In this document: positions 57,543-64,000 of the stretch, one piece after another
Layout of the letters: every line of letters starts with the position of its first letter
Numbering within the stretch: position 1 is the first letter of the stretch
DNA from: an uncultured Pseudomonadota bacterium
GTDB taxonomy: Bacteria; Myxococcota_A; Polyangia; Fen-1088
Direction of reading: 5' to 3'
Assembly: GCA_963847705.1 (NCBI GenBank)
Contig: CAWKBC010000021.1
Location: 292,527 to 356,526 of the forward strand
Length of the DNA stretch: 64,000 nucleotides
Translations under genes and position numbers: made by a program
Notes under the pieces: model-generated
Told to the model about the DNA's origin: nothing
The model's input: the letters and a program-made list of their open reading frames with translations, nothing else
Databases searched by the model: none

Positions 57543-59750
57543 CTAGTAATCTGGGCCGTCGGGGCGACCTTGGTGTTGAGCGTCAGCGGGATTTCGTAGG
57601 GCGTGGGGCCGTAGAGAAAGCGGTACTTGGCGTAGAGGCTGGTGACGCGCTTGACGTACTCGCGCGTCTGCGCGAACGCGACCAGCTCGACGAACTCGTC
57701 GGTGGGGTGGCTGCCGTGCTGCGGGCACCAGCGCGCCATCGCGCGCGGCCCGGCGTTGTAGGCGCCGGCCGCCAGCGGCACCTCGCCGCCGAACTTCTTG
57801 AAGAGCGAGCCGATGTAGAGCGCGCCGAGGCGGATGTTGACCTCCGGGTCGTAGAGCTGGTCGGGGAAGAACGGCTCGCCGGCCTTGGCGGCGACGCGCG
57901 CGCTCGTGGGTGGGATCATCTGCAGGAGGCCGCGCGCGTCGGCGTACGAGACGTCGTGCGGATCGAACCCCGACTCCTTGCGCATGATCGCGTAGAGGTA
58001 GAGGTCGGGGTTGCCGGCCGGCGGGCCGTAGCGCTCGACCAGCGGCGCGTAGGCGCGCGGGAAGGCCGCCTCCCAGAAGACGCGCACGCCCTCGTCGGCG
58101 TGCGGATCGGCCGCCAGCGCCCCGCGTCGTGCGACTCGACGAAGTGATAAGCGCGGTGAAAGTCGCCGGCCTGCCGGTAGAGATCCAGCAGCCAGGGTGC
58201 GGCCTTCTCGCCCCCCGCGCGCTGCAGAGATCCCCTTCTCGTCGCGCTCGATCTCGTCGCCCGCCTCGACGTCCATCCCGGCCTCGGCCAGCTCCTCGGC
58301 GCGCGCGACGACCGGATCGTGCGCCGCCTGGGGGGGGGCGACCACGGCGGTCTTCTTGGCGGGAACACCAGCGGCTCCTCCTGGCCGGCCTCCTTGAGCC
58401 GCGCCCGCGCCAGCAGGCCATAGAACGACAGCGGCGCGCGGCGGGCCAGGGCGCGGTAGCCCTCGAGCGCCTCGGCTTTGCCGGGGCCGCGCCGTTCTTG
58501 CTGTCCTTGGCACCGTCCTTGGGGCCGAGCTTGTCGCGAAAGCGCGCGCGCCAATAGGCGACGCGGTCGCCCCGCTCGGCGTCGGTGATGCCGGTCGCCG
58601 GGATGCGCGCGTAGCGCTCGAGCCCGGCGGTCGCCTCGGCGGCGTCGCCGAGCAGGAAGTGCGCGAAGGCCAGGCACCAGGCGGCGTCGTCGGCGAAGGC
58701 GCTGCCGCCGAAGTGGTCGAGCGTGGCCTGCAGCGCCGGCAGGCTCTCCTTGAAGCGGCCGCGGTTGTACTCGAGCCAGCCCGACAGGTACTGCGCCTCG
58801 GCGGCGAAGCGCGAGTGCGGGAACTGGGCGACCACCTTGCGGTAGCCGGCGATCGCCTCGTCGTCTCGATCGACGCGCGAGAGCGCCCGGGCGCCGTGGA
58901 ACGCCGCCGAGGCCGCCTTGTCGCCCGTCAGATGCGGGACCGTCGCCAGCAGCAGCTCGCCCGCCTTGGCGTAGTCGCGCCGCATGTGGAACTTGGTCAT
59001 CCCGATCTGGTAGTCGCGCTCGGCCGCTTGCTCCGGCGGCAGCGTGGCCGGCAGCCGGTCGAGCTCGACCAGCGCCTCGTCCCAGTGGCGGTCCTTGGTC
59101 AGCGACTCGGCGCGCTTCAGACGATCGGGGACCGAGAGATTGTCGGTCGCCGCGGGGGCGGGTGGCGTGGCCTCTCTGGTCGAGGGGACCGCCTTCGAGC
59201 CCGCCGCGGCCGCGGCCGGCGACCCGCCTCGGCGCAGCGCCTCGTCGCCGAGCGGATGCGCCGGGAAGTCGCGCGCGATGGCCAGGAGCTGCTTCTTGGC
59301 GCCGGCGGGATCGCGCGCCGCCGCCGCCTCGGCGATCCGAAAGCGCGCCAGCGCGACATCGCCCGTCGTCGGCGTGGCCTTCTTGACCAGCGCCGCGTAG
59401 GCCTTGGCCGCCGCCGCCCGATCGCCCTCCATCCAGAGGCAATCGGCGATCCGAAACGGCGCCATCGCCGAGGGCCGGCCGCCATGCGCGCGTGCCGCCC
59501 GCTCGAACGCGGCGCGCGCGGCGGGGTAGTCGCCGTCGTAGAACTCGCTCTCGCCCAGGAGGAACGCCGCCCAGTCCTCGTTGCGCAGCTTCTCGCCGAG
59601 CGCCGCCTGAAGTGCCTTCGCGGCCTCGTGGTATTCGCCGGCGCGATACGCCGCGAATCCGCGGGCCAGGCTCGAGGTCGGCTTGGCCGGCGCCGCCGTT
59701 CCGTGCGCCGCCCAGAGCGCGATCGTCAGAGCGAGGCGCAACACGGTCAT
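57543..59750 (-). CDS. TPR-containing soluble lytic transglycosylase (frameshifted)
   Basis: TPR-like helices; AIMRKESGF, ARGLLQMIP, AYNAG and TREYVKRV. Confidence 0.88.
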   Translation of the reverse strand: MTVLRLALTIALWAAHGTAAPAKPTSSLARGFAAYRAGEYHEAAKALQAALGEKLRNEDWAAFLLGESEFYDGDYPAARAAFERAARAHGGRPSAMAPFRIADCLWMEGDRAAAAKAYAALVKKATPTTGDVALARFRIAEAAAARDPAGAKKQLLAIARDFPAHPLGDEALRRGGSPAAAAAGSKAVPSTREATPPAPAATDNLSVPDRLKRAESLTKDRHWDEALVELDRLPATLPPEQAAERDYQIGMTKFHMRRDYAKAGELLLATVPHLTGDKAASAAFHGARALSRVDRDDEAIAGYRKVVAQFPHSRFAAEAQYLSGWLEYNRGRFKESLPALQATLDHFGGSAFADDAAWCLAFAHFLLGDAAEATAGLERYARIPATGITDAERGDRVAYWRARFRDKLGPKDGAKDSKNGAAPAKPRRSRATAPWPAARRCRSMACWRGRGSRRPARRSRWCSRQEDRRGRPPPGGARSGRRARRGAGRGRDGRRGGRRDRARREGDLCSARGARRPHPGCWISTGRPATFTALITSSSRTTRGAGGRSARRRGRARLLGGGLPARLRAAGRALRPAGRQPRPLPLRDHAQGVGVRSARRLVRRRARPPADDPTHERARRRQGRRAVLPRPALRPGGQHPPRRALHRLALQEVRRRGAAGGRRLQRRAARDGALVPAARQPPHRRVRRAGRVRADARVRQARHQPLRQVPLSLRPHALRNPADAQHQGRPDGPDY

Positions 59751-59858
59751 CTTACTCTCGACGCGCGCTCGACCTTCGACCGACTTGCGCGACGACATGC
59801 CCGGCGCCCGCAACCGCCGCCCCTTCCAACCCGATGAACGTGGTACAAGGAGAGCGCG

Positions 59859-60335
59859 ATGGGAAGCGTCAACAAGGTCATCTTGATCGGAAATCTGGGG
59901 GCGGATCCGGAGCTGAAGTACACGCCCTCCCAACGGCCGCTGTGCAACCTGCGCATCGCCACCACCGAGGTCTACAAGGACAAGGCGGGCGAGCGGCAGG
60001 AGAAGACCGAGTGGCACCGGGTGACGGTCTGGGGTGACCAGGCTGAGAATTGCAATAAGTACCTCGCCAAGGGACGCTCGGTCTATGTCGAGGGGCGGTT
60101 GCAGACGCGCACCTACGACAAGGACGGCCAGAAGCACTACGCCACCGACATGGTCGCCGACAGGGTGGTGTTCCTGGGCGGCGGCGGCGGCGGCGAAGGC
60201 CGGGGCGGAGGCGGCGAAGGCCGCGGAAGATCAGGCGGTTTCTCGGGGCGCGGCGACTCGGGTCCGTCCGAGGATCCGGGCGACTCCGGGCCGGGCGGCG
60301 CTCCGCCCGCCTCCGACGACGATATCCCGTTCTGA
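59859..60335 (+). CDS. ssb: Single-stranded DNA-binding protein
   Basis: [21 protein letters not shown] and C-terminal DDDIPF. Confidence 0.97.
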   Translation: MGSVNKVILIGNLGADPELKYTPSQRPLCNLRIATTEVYKDKAGERQEKTEWHRVTVWGDQAENCNKYLAKGRSVYVEGRLQTRTYDKDGQKHYATDMVADRVVFLGGGGGGEGRGGGGEGRGRSGGFSGRGDSGPSEDPGDSGPGGAPPASDDDIPF

Positions 60336-60487
60336 GCGGTGAGGCGCGGATAGGGCGAATCCTCCCGCTGACACCCACCGTTGCGCCGGTCCGGGCTCGG
60401 ACCAGCGCGAACCTCGGGCCGCGGTTGGGCCGACGTCGTATTCCTCCAGCCGAGCTATCGAAGTGCCGATAACGCCGATAGAATCGC

Positions 60488-61421
60488 ATGCTGGTGGTTC
60501 GTCGGCTTGTTGCGCTCGCGGCCCTCATGGCGCCGCTTTTGGTTCCGGCGCTGGTCGGCGGGAGCGACGCACCCCGGGCTGTACGCGCCAGGTCGAAAGC
60601 GCCCGTCGCCGCGCCCTTCGGAACCTTCGCGACTGAGCTGCCGTCACGGAGGAACGCTGGCGTTCGAATCGCCGGGGCACGGCCCGCACGTGGCGTTTCA
60701 CGCGGCAACCGAGTCGCGCAAGCTGCTGCTGTCGTTTGACGACGGGCCCGATCTCCGCGGCACGCCGCTCATTCTGGACGAGCTCGACCGGCGCGGGCTG
60801 AAGGCGATCTTCTTCGTCACCGGCTGGCGGCTCAAGGGGGAGCGGCCTGAGGACATCGCGCGCCGCGATCTGGTCCGCAAGATCGCCGCCCACGGGCACC
60901 TGGTCGCAAACCACACCATGGGCCACCACGATCTCTGCCAGAACCCGGCGGAGCAGGCCGAGGAGATCGACGCCAACGGCGAGCTCATCACCGAGACGAC
61001 CGGCGTGCGTCCCTTTCTGTTCCGGTCGCCGTACGGCGCCTTCTGCCACAGCCTGGAGGCGGCGCTGAACGCGCGCGGGCTGGTCGACGTCGGATGGAAC
61101 CTCGATCCGCAAGACTGGAAGACCGAGCGCGACGAGGAGGCGGTGTTCAGCTACCTCACCAGCAAGCTCGGCGGCCTCAAGGGGCGGGGAATCCTGCTGA
61201 TGCACGACACACACCTCGCCTCGGTGCACGCGCTCCCCCGCCTGCTCGACTGGCTGGCGCGGCAGAACGCGCGCGACGTGCGTGAGGGGCGCGAGCCGAT
61301 CCGGATCGTCGACTACCGCGAGATCGTGCCGGCGCGCGAGGTCGCGGCCGGCGGTCTGCCCGAGCTGGTTGGCGCCTTGGTCGCCGACGCGGCAGGATCG
61401 GTCGGGCACCACCTGCGCTGA
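60488..61421 (+). CDS. Polysaccharide deacetylase (NodB domain), frameshift in the N-terminal part
   Basis: LSFDDGP, ANHTMGH, FRSPYG and ILLMHD. Confidence 0.85.
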
Positions 61422-61469
61422 CCGGCCCGCGTGGCCGCCCCTTCCGACGAGAGCCGAGAGCCGACAGCC

Positions 61470-62528
61470 ATGTTCCTCCTTCGCGACATCGCGCCCGCCG
61501 ATCTCGACGGCCTCCAGAAGGCGGCGGTCCACCTCGATTCGGTGAACCTCCCCGACGATCGACCGGCGCTGGCGGAGATCATCGAGCGCTCGCGCGCCTC
61601 GTTCGCCGGCGAGCTGCCGGTGGCCGATCGCTGCTTCGTCTTCGTCGCGGCCCAGCTGGGGGACGGCGCACGGCGTCGAGCGGGGCGAGGTGGTGGGGAC
61701 GTCGATGATCTTCGCCCAGCACGGCAGCCGCCGCGCGCCGCACGTCTTCTTCGACGTGCTCGAGGAGGAGCGCTACAGCGACACGCTCGACCGCCACCTC
61801 GCTCACCGGGTGCTGCGCATCGGCTACAACTACAAGGGGCTGACCGAGATCGGCGGCCTGGTGCTGCGGCCGGAGTTTCGCCGCCACCCGGAGCGCCTCG
61901 GGCGCTCGCTGGCCTTCGTGCGCTTCCTCTACCTGGCCCGCCACCGCCACCTGTTTCGCGACGAGGTGCTCTCCGAGCTGATGCCGCCGCTCGAGCCCGA
62001 CGGGACCAGCCTCCTCTGGGAGTCGCTCGGGCGGCGGTTCACCGGCCTCACCTATCAGGAGGCCGATCGGCTGTCGCAGACGAACAAGGAGTTCATCCGC
62101 GCGCTGTTCCCCCAGGATCCGATCTACGCGACGCTGCTGCCGCCGCACGTCCAGGCGCTCATCGGCGAGGTGGGGCCCGAGACGAAGGGGGTCGAGAAGC
62201 TGCTGCGGGAGGTGGGGTTCGCCTACGCGCACCGGATCGACCCCTTCGACGGCGGCCCGCACTTTCACGCCAAGACCGACGACATCACGCTGGTCAAGGC
62301 GGCGCGGGTGGCGCGGGTGGCCGACGCCGCGCACGCCCCGATCGACGCCGGCGGCCGCCGGCAGGCCTTCCTGGTGGCGCGCGAGCGGCCGGTCGGCCCC
62401 GCTTCGTCGCCGCGCGCGTCGAGCTGCCGTCGCTGGCCGACGACGAGCGGATCGCGCTGCCGGACGACGTCCGCCGCGCGCTGGAGGTGACCGCCGGTGA
62501 CGAGGTGGCGGTGCTCCGCATCGCTTGA
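61470..62528 (+). CDS. astA: Arginine N-succinyltransferase family (frameshifted)
   Basis: NLPDD, TEIGGLVLRPEFR, SELMPP and IDPFDGGP. Confidence 0.8.
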   Translation: MFLLRDIAPADLDGLQKAAVHLDSVNLPDDRPALAEIIERSRASFAGELPVADRCFVFVAAQLGDGARRRAGRGGGDVDDLRPARQPPRAARLLRRARGGALQRHARPPPRSPGAAHRLQLQGADRDRRPGAAAGVSPPPGAPRALAGLRALPLPGPPPPPVSRRGALRADAAARARRDQPPLGVARAAVHRPHLSGGRSAVADEQGVHPRAVPPGSDLRDAAAAARPGAHRRGGARDEGGREAAAGGGVRLRAPDRPLRRRPALSRQDRRHHAGQGGAGGAGGRRRARPDRRRRPPAGLPGGARAAGRPRFVAARVELPSLADDERIALPDDVRRALEVTAGDEVAVLRIA

Positions 62529-62744
62529 TTGGGGCCCTGAGAGGGTCCGGGCCCCCCGCGCCGAGGTCGGCCGACCAGAGCTCGTCCGCCCTCACGCTTG
62601 ATTCGGGACCCTGAGAGGGTCCCGGGCCCCCCGCGACGAGGTCGGCCGAGCAGAGCTCGTCCGCCCGCATCGCTTGATTCGGGACCCTGAGAGGGTCCCG
62701 GGCCCCCCGCGACGAGGTCGGCCGAGCAGAGCTCGTCCGCCCTC
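62522..62744. repeat. Three tandem 73-76-bp REP-like palindromic units
   Basis: CGCTTGATT(C)GGGACCCTGAGAGGGTCCCGGGCCCCCCGCGACGAGGTCGGCCGAGCAGAGCTCGTCCGCCC-type units at 62522, 62595 and 62671. Confidence 0.9.
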
Positions 62745-62820
62745 AGGCGATATCACCATCAGTTCGCGACCCGTGGAGTTGCGCCCACGCGCGGCGATTG
62801 TCTGTTAGGGTCAGGGCGCC

Positions 62821-64000
<1,180 letters not shown>

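Noticed and set aside
54881-58513. 1210-aa minus-strand ORF as one protein
   Set aside because: Artefact of frameshifts: it joins the slt C-terminus, parts of the hydrolase and antisense RMD1 sequence.
62522-62744. Possible CRISPR array
   Set aside because: Tandem palindromic units without variable spacers; REP-like.

Overview
High-GC bacterial window, probably Myxococcota/Polyangia-like (inferred from gene content). Left part (about 3.3-33.7 kb): an accessory region built up at the 3' end of a tmRNA gene (ssrA, minus strand, about 33752-34108, tag ANDNAFALAA). Three copies of the ssrA 3' end (7100, 12905, 33753) each follow a homologous tyrosine-integrase 3' end, which indicates at least three tandemly accreted islands. 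The youngest (about 20.8 kb) is an integrative mobilizable element (integrase, excisionase, MOBP/DUF3363 relaxase, CopG-like protein) carrying defence-type cargo: CBASS (CdnE + Cap15), two DNA methyltransferases with a mini nuclease, a Ser/Thr kinase, a SIR2 + PD-(D/E)xK pair, an AbiJ/HEPN protein, DUF3892 proteins and a DUF4365-like nuclease. The middle island holds single surface or membrane protein genes separated by tRNA-Val and tRNA-Ala 3' halves and duplicated island-end repeats. The oldest island is decayed and contains chimeric deletion junctions. Right part (34-64 kb): core genome (FIST, pspA, uppS, cdsA, rne/rng, aroE, xseA, cysS, ihfB, serS, ECF sigma/NrsF, slt, ssb, astA, NtrC-family regulator) with a REP-like repeat family and a candidate structured RNA upstream of rne/rng. 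Many core genes carry single-base frameshifts, most likely sequencing or assembly errors. Family assignments come from motifs recognised by eye; no database searches were run.
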